From: an uncultured Acidobacteriota bacterium
Lineage (GTDB): Bacteria > Acidobacteriota > UBA6911
Assembly: GCA_963827655.1 (NCBI GenBank)
Contig: CAWHCF010000026.1
Coordinates: forward strand, 1-64,000
Direction: 5' to 3'
Length of the DNA: 64,000 bases
How positions within the stretch are numbered: the first letter of the stretch is position 1; each line of letters begins with the position of its first letter. The notes below the pieces were generated by a model that made no database searches, was not told where the DNA came from, and was given only the letters and a program-made list of their open reading frames with translations. Position numbers and translations under genes: made by a program. Below are positions 1 to 9,770 of the stretch, piece after piece.

Positions 1-150
1 AGAGACATCCATCCCGGGGATTCGTAAACCCTTGGCGACTAGGCAGGAGTCGCCGAAGGTGAGAACCAGCTTCTGAATGGCCGACCATACATCCGCGATC
101 TTCAGACCGGACGCATCGGTCCAACGCCTTGCCGGCTCAGTCGTCGCGCT

Positions 151-612
151 TCAGCCCTCGACAGCGGTGGCGTTAGGCCGCAGGGGCGACGAGATCGCAA
201 ACTTAAATCCATCTGGGTCCTGCAACCGGAATATGCGTCCCCCCCAGGGCATGTCGGCGGGCTCCGCCTCGAGAGTGCCACCGAGCTCCTTGATCCGATG
301 CGCAATCGCGTCGACGTTCTGATCCGTCGTGATCTGCAGAGAGAATCCCTCGCCCTTGACCCGGTTCCATCCCTTGGCTCCGTCATCCTGACCTATCAAG
401 AGCAGCACGTCCCCGGCTTTCAGCGCCACGGCTCTCAGCTTTCCGTCGCGCTCATATTTTCGGTCGACGGTGAATCCCACCACATCTTGGTACCAAGCCA
501 GGCTCTTCTGAAGGTCCCTCACGGTCAGCGAGGCCGAGAGAGTGCGGGCAAGGAAGGGCTCAGGCCCGGCGCGCTTCGTGCTGCCGTCAGGGACGGACGA
601 ATTAGTACTCAT
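151..612 (-). CDS. VOC/glyoxalase family protein
   Basis: Motifs LTVRDLQKSLAWYQDVVGF and DMPWGGRIFRLQDPDG. Start moved to ATG 612, which follows an AGGAGG RBS. Confidence 0.88.
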   Translation of the reverse strand: MSTNSSVPDGSTKRAGPEPFLARTLSASLTVRDLQKSLAWYQDVVGFTVDRKYERDGKLRAVALKAGDVLLLIGQDDGAKGWNRVKGEGFSLQITTDQNVDAIAHRIKELGGTLEAEPADMPWGGRIFRLQDPDGFKFAISSPLRPNATAVEG

Positions 613-1235
613 GGGACCTCCTATATGTGCTTGCGCACGTTTGGACCTTGTCAAAGACCTAGAGTGATGCTCTAGCGGCTTTAATTCAGGTTGACGACGT
701 CGCTTCGAATGCAGCGACTTATTAGACCCCCGGACAATGCGGAAGGGCAAAATAAAATGCTTGCACTCGAACGACGGAAACCTCGAAACGGTCTGCGACA
801 ATAACGGATTTTAATCGGACAATATAGACGAACTTTGCTCGCGAAACCGAAACGTTCAAAGTCATCGGTGAAAACGGCCTTGCGAGCGAAGGTCCTTCGC
901 GCCAAGTTAAAGTGTCTACATAGATCCTCGGTAACGCCGTAGTGTTTAGGAATATTGCGGCCACTTGGGCGAGTAGTCGGCTAACCCGGAGAGGTGGAGT
1001 GGGCCGGGTCTAAAGTGGATGCTCCGCCACTTCTCTGGTAATACGTCCAAGTCGAAGCCAACTGGTCCGCTGTGCCGGTGGAAGAAGTGTCAAAGAACTC
1101 CATGCCCTGAAACATCGTTTTTAAAATCCCGGTTGTGATCGGTCCGGAGCCTCTGGTAGTTGCACACTGGTCGGTTTACTTAACACGGCTCCTAACCCAA
1201 GAGACTGCTTACCTGCGACTATCCGCAGAAAAGTC

Positions 1236-2000
1236 ATGGACAACGCCTATCCTGAGACCCTGAAAACATCGCGTCTGATTCTCAGTCAGGAACAGATCGA
1301 TGATTACATGACCAACGGTTACCTGCGGTTCGGGAAGATACTTGACGAGCATCAAATCAAGTTCTTACGAAATGAGTACGACCAGGAAATAGAGAAAGCG
1401 CGAAGAGAAGGCTATCTCACCGATCTGGCAGCGGCGGAAGACGACCAGCCGAAGACCGAAGACGCACAGATGCTGCAAGTCTTTGGAGTCTCCGCGCGCA
1501 ACCTCTGGTTTCGAAAGCTGGCCTATGCGGACAGGATACTGGATGTGGTCGAAGATCTAATCGGACCTAACATCCGCCTTCTTCAGGCTCACTTGCTCTA
1601 TAAACCTCCCTATCATGGCAGCGTTGTGTACTGGCATCAGGACAATCTCTACCACCAGTGTTTTCCCGCGAATATGGTGAGCGGCTGGTTGACCCTTGAC
1701 GACGTCCACGGGGACAACGGCGCCATGCAGATGATTCCGGGTAGCCATCTGCGTCCCAGTTGGGAAGACTGGGGAGAACACTGTAAGATCGACAACTCGA
1801 ACGCGCGCGTGGTCGAACTTCCTGCAGGAGGCATAATGTTCCATCATTGCCAGGTTCTGCATCGTTCGCTGCCGAATAACTCGGATCGGGCTCGTCGGGT
1901 CGTCGTCATACGATTCTGCCCGATTGGGACACAGTCACCACGCCTGCAAACAAAGGAATGGAATTTTTTTGTTCATCCGATCCTCCGGATGAGGATCTGA
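1236..2000 (+). CDS. Phytanoyl-CoA dioxygenase (PhyH) family Fe(II)/2-oxoglutarate dioxygenase
   Basis: WHQD iron motif, DNGAMQMIPGSH, distal H (LHRSLPN) and conserved Arg (RARR). Confidence 0.88.
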   Translation: MDNAYPETLKTSRLILSQEQIDDYMTNGYLRFGKILDEHQIKFLRNEYDQEIEKARREGYLTDLAAAEDDQPKTEDAQMLQVFGVSARNLWFRKLAYADRILDVVEDLIGPNIRLLQAHLLYKPPYHGSVVYWHQDNLYHQCFPANMVSGWLTLDDVHGDNGAMQMIPGSHLRPSWEDWGEHCKIDNSNARVVELPAGGIMFHHCQVLHRSLPNNSDRARRVVVIRFCPIGTQSPRLQTKEWNFFVHPILRMRI

Positions 2001-2022
2001 TGCCCACCCGCTGGTTACCGTC

Positions 2023-2180
2023 TTATATTTCCACCCACACATACACTGTGTTGTACCGGGCGGCCGACTGTCGTCGGATCACGCGCACTGGATCTCGTCG
2101 CGATCCCATTTCTTCTTGCCGGCGAAGGTGCTCAGCCGCGTCTTCCACGGTAAGTTCGTGGCAGGACTGCGACAAGTCTT
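2023..2180 (+). mobile_element. IS91-family (HUH/Y2) transposase remnant
   Basis: The frame from 2023 reads LYFHPHIHCVVPGGRLSSDHAHWISSRSHFFLPAKVLSRVFHGKF, the IS91 HPH-x-H core. No start codon and no C-terminal part. Confidence 0.8.
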
Positions 2181-2418
2181 TCTTTCTTGCAGCACGTGTT
2201 GCCCAAGGGCATTTGTACATCGCTGCAGTCCGGGCGCTCCAGCGCCACCTGCGCCTCCCGCTGCTGCCCAACAATCGACAGCGAGGCGCGCGTGGGCTAG
2301 CCAGCCAGTCGCGGCCGTGGCTGCACCTGCGCGTCTTTCTGGCCAGCCCGTGGACGTCGCGGACGAACGGGCGCTGAGCCCTCGCCGCGCTCAAACAGCT
2401 TCCCTACGGGCCGCGAAA

Positions 2419-3104
2419 CTAGTCAAACTTGCCGGCGCGGACGACATTGGGACGAATATAGGGATTCGTCGCGTTGCCGCAATTTGGCGCGTGAACACGG
2501 ACCTCCCTTGTCTGGCCCGGAGCAAGGGCGACATCGGTACTACCCCATAGCGTGTCTTGCGCGCAACTGAGCGAGCGTGCCGCTCCCGACCATCGTTGAG
2601 CACCCGAATTTCGGACCTCATAGATCACGTCCACCGTTTGGCCTGGGCCGCTGTTCGCCGAGTGCCATCCAACGCGATAACGATAGTCGACGCCCGCGGC
2701 GCGACCCCACCCGGACCAGTTAGTCATACGATAGCCACCAGCAGCTGGGGATGGCGTTACCGGAGCGGTCTGAGTTGTACCGTCACGTAGAGCAAGGTTG
2801 CACCAGTGCTTAGGGTCTTCAAAACCCGTAACTCCATACAACGTACGGTGCGCTGCGCCGCAGACTAATGGTCGGACTCTTGCGAAATCAACGTCGCGGA
2901 TCGATTGGCCCCACAAGCAATTCCTTCCATCGTAGGACGCACATGCGGGGTTTCCATCATTCGTAATGGCGAAAACAAGCCGGCCGCCGTTGGGCGGTGG
3001 GAACGTAGCTTCTTGCCAGCGCTCGCTCGCAAGCGCTACGTCGCCTACGTAATAGGAGAGGATGTGATCAACACGGCAACAACTATCAGCTTCAAGGTTT
3101 TCAT
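2419..3104 (-). CDS. Secreted protein: 4-Cys domain (paralog of the TIR protein C-terminus) plus a beta-rich, possibly Ig-like domain; apparent frameshift in the signal peptide
   Basis: ATG 3104 with an AGGAG RBS gives MKTLKLIVVAVLIT. The next frame gives ILSYYVGDVALA-SERWQEATFPPPNGG...CASYDGRNCLW, which is continuous with ORF 2419..2916. Confidence 0.72.
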
Positions 3105-3205
3105 GGACTGACTCCTCTCTTAGTAGAACTCGTCAAATTCCAGTTAAAAGATCGAAAGCAATTCGAAGTGATACATCCCGACTGATTGCCGCCTTGCGCT
3201 TTAGC

Positions 3206-4498
3206 CTACTTTCGAATGCCACTCACTTTTCTGGCCAGATTGCACCAGTGCTTGGGGTCTTCGTAGCCGGTGACACTCCACCTGGCGCGATGCCCTTCAC
3301 CGCAGACTAGCGGTTCCAGTCGTGTGAAATCGATCTGGTCGTAGCTAAGTCCCCACAAGCAATTGGCACCGTCGTAGGAAGCACAGGCCGGATTGCCGTC
3401 CGGCATGATGGTGAAGACCATGGGCCCGCCGTTAGGCGGTGGAAAGTCGTAGGACGGCCAGCGCGCGGCGTGGGTGGCGGCAGCCTTCTCCGCGGCCAGT
3501 ATCTTGGCTTCGCGGTCAGTATTTTCCTTCGCTAGAGCGTCGGCTTCCGTCTTGTCAGCAGCCTCCTTCGCCGCCAATCTGTCTGCTTCTGCCCTGTCAG
3601 CAGCCTGCTTCGCACGTATCTTTGCTTCACCGTCGCGCTTCTCCTTAGTAGCTAGCCTAGCCGCTTCTATCTCGTCAGCAGCCTGCTTCTTGGAAAGCTG
3701 ATCGGCTTGTAATTCGGCAGGGGCCGTCTGATCGGACTGGGTCTTGGCCTTAGGCTCATTGCTAACCGGCCGGCCGTTTGCTGCCGTCGGTGCCTCTGCG
3801 CTAGTGGCAATCTCGGGCGCCGTGGAAGATCTTGAGTACCAAACGTATCCAGGAAACGAGAGAGCGATCACCGCCCCCAACGCCGTGACGATGACACGAA
3901 ATGAGATTATAGGTTGACCGATAACGGCCGGTCCGGTTGTCTGCGCGCCTGGCTCCATCACCGCGCGGCCAGTCCCCGATGCTTGCGTTGCATTGGCCCC
4001 CGCTTTGGCTTTCTCACGATCCAGCTCCAAGCGCCTCTCTTGCACGTGCGGGCGCAATGCCTTTATGAGCACCTGAACATCAGATTCCCAACGAGCGTGG
4101 GTCAGCTCGACCCCGTTGCGAAAAGCAAGATCTGCCAGATCTGGTGTTAGCTGTTCCGCTCGCGGCATGCTTGCCCCCTGGACCAGCACGGGGATGACTG
4201 GGATATCGCGCTTCAGTGCTGAGGCAGTTTCAAGGCGAACGAAATCCATCGGGTCATCGAGTCGGCGTCGGCCCGAGTTATCCTGGGCATTGATCCAACT
4301 CTTGCCAATGATCGCCAGGAGGACACCGCAAGAGGCTACGTGCTCGTCAATGATCCGCCGAAAATCGCGCCCTGGCTCGATGCCGCCCACATCCATAAAC
4401 ACCGCATCACTACCAAATTCGCTTGCGAGATCATTAAACAAGCGTCCAGCTTGCCCTTCAGCGTCTTCTCTGCGATAGCTGATGAAGATTGCACGCAT
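3206..4498 (-). CDS. TIR_2 domain - transmembrane helix - Ala/Lys/Glu-rich stalk - extracytoplasmic 4-Cys domain protein
   Basis: IFISYRRED, VFMDV..IEPG.DF and DFVRLE (catalytic Glu). TM segment VIVTALGAVIALSFPGYVWY. AAGGAG RBS. Confidence 0.9.
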   Translation of the reverse strand: MRAIFISYRREDAEGQAGRLFNDLASEFGSDAVFMDVGGIEPGRDFRRIIDEHVASCGVLLAIIGKSWINAQDNSGRRRLDDPMDFVRLETASALKRDIPVIPVLVQGASMPRAEQLTPDLADLAFRNGVELTHARWESDVQVLIKALRPHVQERRLELDREKAKAGANATQASGTGRAVMEPGAQTTGPAVIGQPIISFRVIVTALGAVIALSFPGYVWYSRSSTAPEIATSAEAPTAANGRPVSNEPKAKTQSDQTAPAELQADQLSKKQAADEIEAARLATKEKRDGEAKIRAKQAADRAEADRLAAKEAADKTEADALAKENTDREAKILAAEKAAATHAARWPSYDFPPPNGGPMVFTIMPDGNPACASYDGANCLWGLSYDQIDFTRLEPLVCGEGHRARWSVTGYEDPKHWCNLARKVSGIRK

Positions 4499-4537
4499 GC
4501 TTCTCTCCTTCTGCTTTCGTTTCTGGTGTTCGATCCA

Positions 4538-5329
4538 TCAACGACTCGGTGGGCGAACAATAGGCACTGAAGTAAACGAGCCCGATGGGTTAAAACGCAA
4601 CCCCAATGCCGTGAAAGCACCCTCACTTTGCAGCCGGATAATGCCCCGTCGATTTGAAGATGACGGAAACAGGTCTGTCACAAAGAAGGAAGCGTGTCCT
4701 AAAGCGAAAAGGCCTCCGCGAAACGAGGCGAGTTCGACGCCGCCGTCGTTATACAACGTGGCTGTAAAGAGAGATCCAGTCGAAGACTGATTTACCAAAG
4801 CCAGCCCTGTTTGGAAGCCGCCGGTGTTGTCATAAGGAAGCGCCATCGACAATGACTCTGCCGTATCAAGTGGAACAGTGCCTTCTGACAGCGCACCACC
4901 CGGTGAGTTGAAACGAAAGATTGCATAGCCGGTCACTGCGCCTCTCGCTTGAACGTCGGCCCAGCCAACCAACCTGCGTGGCACAGCCACGCCGGTCTCG
5001 AGGACAACGGATCCATTTGCAGCGATAGTCAGATCTTCGGACGATCGAAATACACTCAAACCAAACTGCGGATAGTCGAGCGGCAAAGTCAGGGGGCGGC
5101 CATCGTCGTCATAGAATTGAATCCGGGCGGTCACCGACACAGTCGACAAATTGATTAGCGTTATAGTGGTGACCCATCCGCCGCCGGAAGCAATGTGAGC
5201 CAGAGTTCCGACTCGTCGCACCCCTGCGGGCTCCTGAGCAAAACAGCTCACCATAGACAGGAAAAGAGCAAACATGGACAGGCCAGTTCGAACCAACCAA
5301 ACTCTGTAGATCGACATCGCTCGCCTCAT
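4538..5329 (-). CDS. Secreted hypothetical protein with two repeated beta-sandwich-like units (acidobacterial type)
   Basis: Signal peptide ending SCFA-Q. Paired motifs AHIASGGGWVTTITLIN and YDNTGGFQTGLALVN. Start is uncertain (5329 or 5317). Confidence 0.7.
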   Translation of the reverse strand: MRRAMSIYRVWLVRTGLSMFALFLSMVSCFAQEPAGVRRVGTLAHIASGGGWVTTITLINLSTVSVTARIQFYDDDGRPLTLPLDYPQFGLSVFRSSEDLTIAANGSVVLETGVAVPRRLVGWADVQARGAVTGYAIFRFNSPGGALSEGTVPLDTAESLSMALPYDNTGGFQTGLALVNQSSTGSLFTATLYNDGGVELASFRGGLFALGHASFFVTDLFPSSSNRRGIIRLQSEGAFTALGLRFNPSGSFTSVPIVRPPSR

Positions 5330-5918
5330 TTTCGATAACAACATGTATTCGCTCGGACCATTCCGGGTTTTCAGTCCCACGCTACTTGGCTGCAATCGGT
5401 GGGCCAAGACGCGAGTCAGAATCTCGCGCGGACCAAGAGTGCTTGATCCAAATCGAGATGAAGCTCCATTGGCAAACTTCTCGGAAAGGTAGATCGCTGC
5501 CTTGGGCGGGCTCAATTCTATCCGCTCAGATAGTCAGGCTATCTCGTCGGATAGTTGCGAAAAAACGTCGGGCGACCTGTCGTTCGCTGAAATCCAATCG
5601 GCGACAAGTGAAGGTAACCGCCCGACCTGAGCGGATCTTGACGTTCACTTGGACGAGTATGTCGGCTTATCGGACAAGTGGAGGGAAGCGAGGCGGTTTC
5701 TGTCGGACGCCCCGCCAGTTGTCCGGTTTGCCACGTAATAATGCAAGGGAGGCGGAGACCGGGCCTAAACGCTCGGCGATTGTTCGCGCTGAGGCGCGCG
5801 GGCGCACCGGAAGACCTCGTTACCCTGCCCACTTCTAAGATTAGTCGATACAAAGCGTCTGCCTTTTCAACCCAAGACGCAGCCCCGGAAGGCAGCTGAC
5901 GACCCTGTAAATAGCTCC

Positions 5919-5965
5919 TTGCAAGGTGTCGATAATCGAGGTATGGTTGTCGATAATCGAGGTAT
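5919..5965 (+). promoter_or_regulatory. Sigma70-like promoter overlapped by two identical palindromic boxes (probable PadR operators)
   Basis: TTGCAA(5919)-17 bp-TATGGT(5942). TGTCGATAATCGAGGTAT occurs at 5927-5944 and 5948-5965, each with the core TCGAT-A-ATCGA. Confidence 0.72.
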
Positions 5966-5968
5966 TAG

Positions 5969-6298
5969 ATGCCCAAACCGTCAGACTTGCTCCAAGGAAC
6001 GTTGGACCTGCTCATCCTCAAGACAATCGCCAGAGAACCGCTTCACGGCTGGGGAATCGCCAAGCGCATTCAGCTACTCTCCGGCGAAGTCCTCTCGGTT
6101 GGCCAGGGTTCGCTCTACCCGGCGTTGTATCGGCTCGAACAACAAGGTTGGATCAGCGCGGAATGGAAAGACTCCGATCTCGGCCGTTCTGCCAAGTTTT
6201 ATTCGCTGACGCGGGAAGGCAAAAAGCAACTAGAGCGTGAACTGAGAAGCTGGGAACGGCTTTCCTCTGCCGTTCAGCTTCTGATCGAGAGCGCCTAG
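5969..6298 (+). CDS. PadR family transcriptional regulator (acidobacterial type)
   Basis: DLLQGTLDLLIL, LHGWGIAKRI, QGSLYPALYRLE. Lies directly upstream of an ADOP permease. Confidence 0.95.
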   Translation: MPKPSDLLQGTLDLLILKTIAREPLHGWGIAKRIQLLSGEVLSVGQGSLYPALYRLEQQGWISAEWKDSDLGRSAKFYSLTREGKKQLERELRSWERLSSAVQLLIESA

Positions 6299-6307
6299 GA
6301 GGAAGCC

Positions 6308-8956
6308 ATGCGATTAGGCCGGGTTGCCGTCCAGCGTTTCCGCTCACTCTTCCGGCGGTCCCAGGCGGAAGCAGACATGCAGCGGGAGCTTGATCTTCAC
6401 ATCGAACAACTCACAAAAGAGCACATCGCCGCCGGAATGAGCGAGTCCGAAGCTCGTCTGGCGGCCCGGCGTGAATTCGGATCTTTGGAGGTCACAAAGG
6501 AGCAGTGCCGCGAGATGCGCCGCGTCAACCTGATCGAAGATTTGATCAGGGATCTGACATATGCCTTTCGCGTTCTAAGGAAGTCGCCGGGCTTCACCCT
6601 GACGGCAGTTTTTTCCCTGGCCCTGGGTATCGGAGCGAACACGGCGATTTTCAGCCTCGTGGATGCGGTGCTGCTGCGAATGCTGCCGGTCCGCGAGGCG
6701 CAGCAGCTGCTGGAGGTGAGCCGGACGGGCGGAAGGACGCTCAGCTATCCCATATTTGAAATCATCCGGGATCGCAATCAGGTGTTCTCGGGCGTGCTGC
6801 TCACATCTTCAGGCCGATTCGGAGGCAGTGCGCGGCTTGGCGATGTTGATTTTGGCGATGTTCACTTCTCCCCGGTTTCGGGAGACTATTTCGCGGTTCT
6901 GGGCGTTACACCTGTCATCGGGCGTGCTCTGACCGAGGAGGACCTTGCCGCTGCAAATACGACGGTGATCAGCTACGGATTGTGGCAGCGGGCCTTCGCA
7001 GGCGATCCCGCCGTGCTGGGCAAGGCGCTGCGAGTCGGTAGCCGAACGTACACGATTGTAGGCATCGCGCCCAGGGGTTTTACGGGTATCGCCACGGGGC
7101 AGCCGGTGGATCTTTGGGTTCCGGCGACGTTCTGGAGTGACCGGCAGTCTTTCCAGAACCCTGTGGCGATGATGTTCCGGGTGGTGGCGCGGCGCAAGCC
7201 AGGTGTCTCGGAGGAGCAGGCGCGCGCGAATATGGAGCTCCTGGCGCGGCAGTGGAGCGCCGAGTGGAAGTTCGAGCGGCCGATGCAGGTCGAGGTGGCG
7301 CCCGCAAGCGGCGGGCTGACCCAGTTGCGGCGGCGGTTTTCACGTCCGCTCCTGGTGTTGATGACCGTCGTTGCGCTGTTGCTGCTCATTGCGGCGGCTA
7401 ACCTCGCGAACTTGCTGCTCGCTCGGGCATCCGCCCGCCACCGGGAAATAGGCGTCCGACTTTCGCTGGGCGCGAGCCGGACGCGCCTGATCCGGCAGCT
7501 ACTCACGGAGAGCTTTGTCCTGGGTGGCGTGGGAGGAGTGGTTGGTCTGCTGCTTGCGCCCGTCGCGGCGACATTCCTCGTGCGGTTTCTGTCTTCCGCG
7601 CTGGGAACAATCGAGCTTTCGTTCGGCATTGACGGACGGGTGCTGGTGTTCACTCTGTCCACTTCGATCGCTGTGGTGTTGCTGTTCGGCCTTGCTCCGG
7701 CTCTTGCTGCCACCCGATCTGATCTTTCTCCGATGTTTAAGGGGGGAGCTTCCTGGTCCGGACGCGGCGAAGGATCGGCCAGACCCGGAGAGCTTCTTGT
7801 CGTGACGCAGGTAGCGATCTCGTGCGTGCTGCTGGTGGGCGCGGTACTGTTCGCGCGGAGTCTGCAAACACTCACGCATCTGGATGCCGGTTTCCAGCCG
7901 GATAACGTTCTTCTGCTCCAGGTTTCCACGTCGGAGGAAGGGCCAAAAGGGTTGGAACGCGTGCGGCTCTATGGGCGCGTGCTAGAGCGTGTGGCTAGTG
8001 TGCCGGGCGTCCGATCGACGGCCCTCTCCAGCGAGAGACTCTTTTCGGGCAACTCATGGACGGAAGCGGTGAACGCCCCGGGCTTCGCGCCCCGGCCAGG
8101 GGAGGATCGGGAGGCGGTTTTGCTCGTCATATCTCCGGGGTTCTTTCGGACAATGGGCACATCGATGTTGCGCGGCCGCGACTTTGACTCGCGCGACGAC
8201 GAGCGCGCACCCAAAGTCGCGATCGTGAACGAGGCGATGGCCCGCTATTATTTTGGCGGAACGGAAGCCCTGGGACGCACGTTTCGCCTGGAGCACGGCG
8301 CGTTCCCCCAACCGCTGACGGTCGTGGGTTTGGTGCGAGATGCCAAGTACAAGAGCCTGAGAGAGGCGGCGCCGCGCATGGTCTACCTGCCCTACCTGCA
8401 AGCGCCCGACGCGCTGGGCGGGGCGAACATCGCTGTGCGGACGGCGGCGAATCCCCAGAAGATGGCGGATCTCCTTTGGAAGGAGGCTCGGGGTGAGAGC
8501 CCGCACCTTCGCTTTCAAGGAGCGACCACGCAGGCGCGTCTCGTGGAAGGGACGATTGCGCAAGACCGCATGCTGGCTCAGCTCTCGAGTTTTTTCGGAC
8601 TCGCCGCTGCCGCCCTGGTGTGTTTGGGACTGTATGGGTTAACAGCCTACGAGGTGTCGCGGCGTACAGCCGAAATCGGTGTGAGGATTGCGCTCGGTGC
8701 GCAACGGAGGGATGTGCTGCGCCTGGTCCTGGGTCGTTCGATGGCGTTGGTAGGGAGCGGTGTAGTTCTGGGACTCGGTGGCGGCGTGGGACTTTCACGC
8801 CTCGTAGAGAGCCTGCTGTTCGGAGTGCGTGGCACGGATGCGGTGACGCTGCTTCTGGCTGCGGCGATGCTGCTGGGCGTTGGCGCGGCGGCAGCGTACT
8901 GGCCAGCGCGACGGGCCGCAAGCGTGGATCCGATCACTTCACTAAGATACGAATAG
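6308..8956 (+). CDS. ADOP (acidobacterial duplicated orphan permease), MacB/FtsX-like
   Basis: Permease prefix [24 protein letters not shown], two REIGVR.LGA repeats, and C-terminal PARRAASVDPITSLRYE. Confidence 0.95.
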   Translation: MRLGRVAVQRFRSLFRRSQAEADMQRELDLHIEQLTKEHIAAGMSESEARLAARREFGSLEVTKEQCREMRRVNLIEDLIRDLTYAFRVLRKSPGFTLTAVFSLALGIGANTAIFSLVDAVLLRMLPVREAQQLLEVSRTGGRTLSYPIFEIIRDRNQVFSGVLLTSSGRFGGSARLGDVDFGDVHFSPVSGDYFAVLGVTPVIGRALTEEDLAAANTTVISYGLWQRAFAGDPAVLGKALRVGSRTYTIVGIAPRGFTGIATGQPVDLWVPATFWSDRQSFQNPVAMMFRVVARRKPGVSEEQARANMELLARQWSAEWKFERPMQVEVAPASGGLTQLRRRFSRPLLVLMTVVALLLLIAAANLANLLLARASARHREIGVRLSLGASRTRLIRQLLTESFVLGGVGGVVGLLLAPVAATFLVRFLSSALGTIELSFGIDGRVLVFTLSTSIAVVLLFGLAPALAATRSDLSPMFKGGASWSGRGEGSARPGELLVVTQVAISCVLLVGAVLFARSLQTLTHLDAGFQPDNVLLLQVSTSEEGPKGLERVRLYGRVLERVASVPGVRSTALSSERLFSGNSWTEAVNAPGFAPRPGEDREAVLLVISPGFFRTMGTSMLRGRDFDSRDDERAPKVAIVNEAMARYYFGGTEALGRTFRLEHGAFPQPLTVVGLVRDAKYKSLREAAPRMVYLPYLQAPDALGGANIAVRTAANPQKMADLLWKEARGESPHLRFQGATTQARLVEGTIAQDRMLAQLSSFFGLAAAALVCLGLYGLTAYEVSRRTAEIGVRIALGAQRRDVLRLVLGRSMALVGSGVVLGLGGGVGLSRLVESLLFGVRGTDAVTLLLAAAMLLGVGAAAAYWPARRAASVDPITSLRYE

Positions 8957-9306
8957 ACTGGTGCATCTGAAACGCATTACACGCAATCCAGAGTCTTGCG
9001 CGGTTTAGCAGTGACTGCTCAGAGGCTTCCCGAATCTGCCGCAGAGGAGAAAGGTGCGGAAGTTCCTGTGAGCAGTCGCTACCAGATGCGTTTGGACGAG
9101 GGATTGGTAGGCAATTCCACGCCCGCGACGAGTAATATGCTGCCTCATACAGCTTTAAGTTGATCCCAGCAGCAGTTGATGATGGAATCAACCAGGTGGG
9201 GCCTGTGGGTGGTAGAAGCGAGCGGCCAGTTCGAGCGAAGGGCAAGCGAGTCTCCATGTTTTCGAACCGGGCGCCGTAGTGCTTCGTTGCTCAGGAGGGA
9301 TTACCG

Positions 9307-9678
9307 ATGTCAATTCTACTGGCAGGTTTGCTCGTTCTGGCGCTTCCCGCAGCTACCGATCTGTCGGGCAAGTGGTCCGGCACTTTCGAAGCCAAGAACG
9401 CGCGGGGCGAGACGAGAAGTCAGCCGATCCTCGTCATTCTCAAACAGGAAGGCGTCAAACTCTCAGGCACAGGAGGCCCCGACGAGAGTGAGCGGCATCC
9501 GATCCTGAACGGCAAGGTAGACGGGGACAAGGTTACGCTGGAAGTGTCCGCCGGGCACGCAAAGATCTACTTCGACCTCAAAGCGACGGAAACCGAGCTC
9601 GCGGGTCAGATGCGCCGGGTTCGTGCCGATGGCACGACTTCGGACACTGTGAAGATCATCCTGAAACGTGCGCAGTGA
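9307..9678 (+). CDS. Small secreted beta-rich hypothetical protein
   Basis: Signal peptide, DLSGKWSG motif, AGGAGG RBS. Confidence 0.75.
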   Translation: MSILLAGLLVLALPAATDLSGKWSGTFEAKNARGETRSQPILVILKQEGVKLSGTGGPDESERHPILNGKVDGDKVTLEVSAGHAKIYFDLKATETELAGQMRRVRADGTTSDTVKIILKRAQ

Positions 9679-9770
9679 CCGGGCGGCTTCAGCGCCGGGT
9701 TCGGATCAACTGGTGAAGCCGTAGGATTCCGATCGTCAGACGTGCGGTGAAACCGGCAAACGAACGTTTC

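Noticed and set aside
1-150. Open minus-strand frame running off the left edge
   Set aside because: Too short, with no clear start or motif.
5386-5899. Overlapping short ORFs including CPVCH
   Set aside because: The frames conflict and none has an RBS or family signature.
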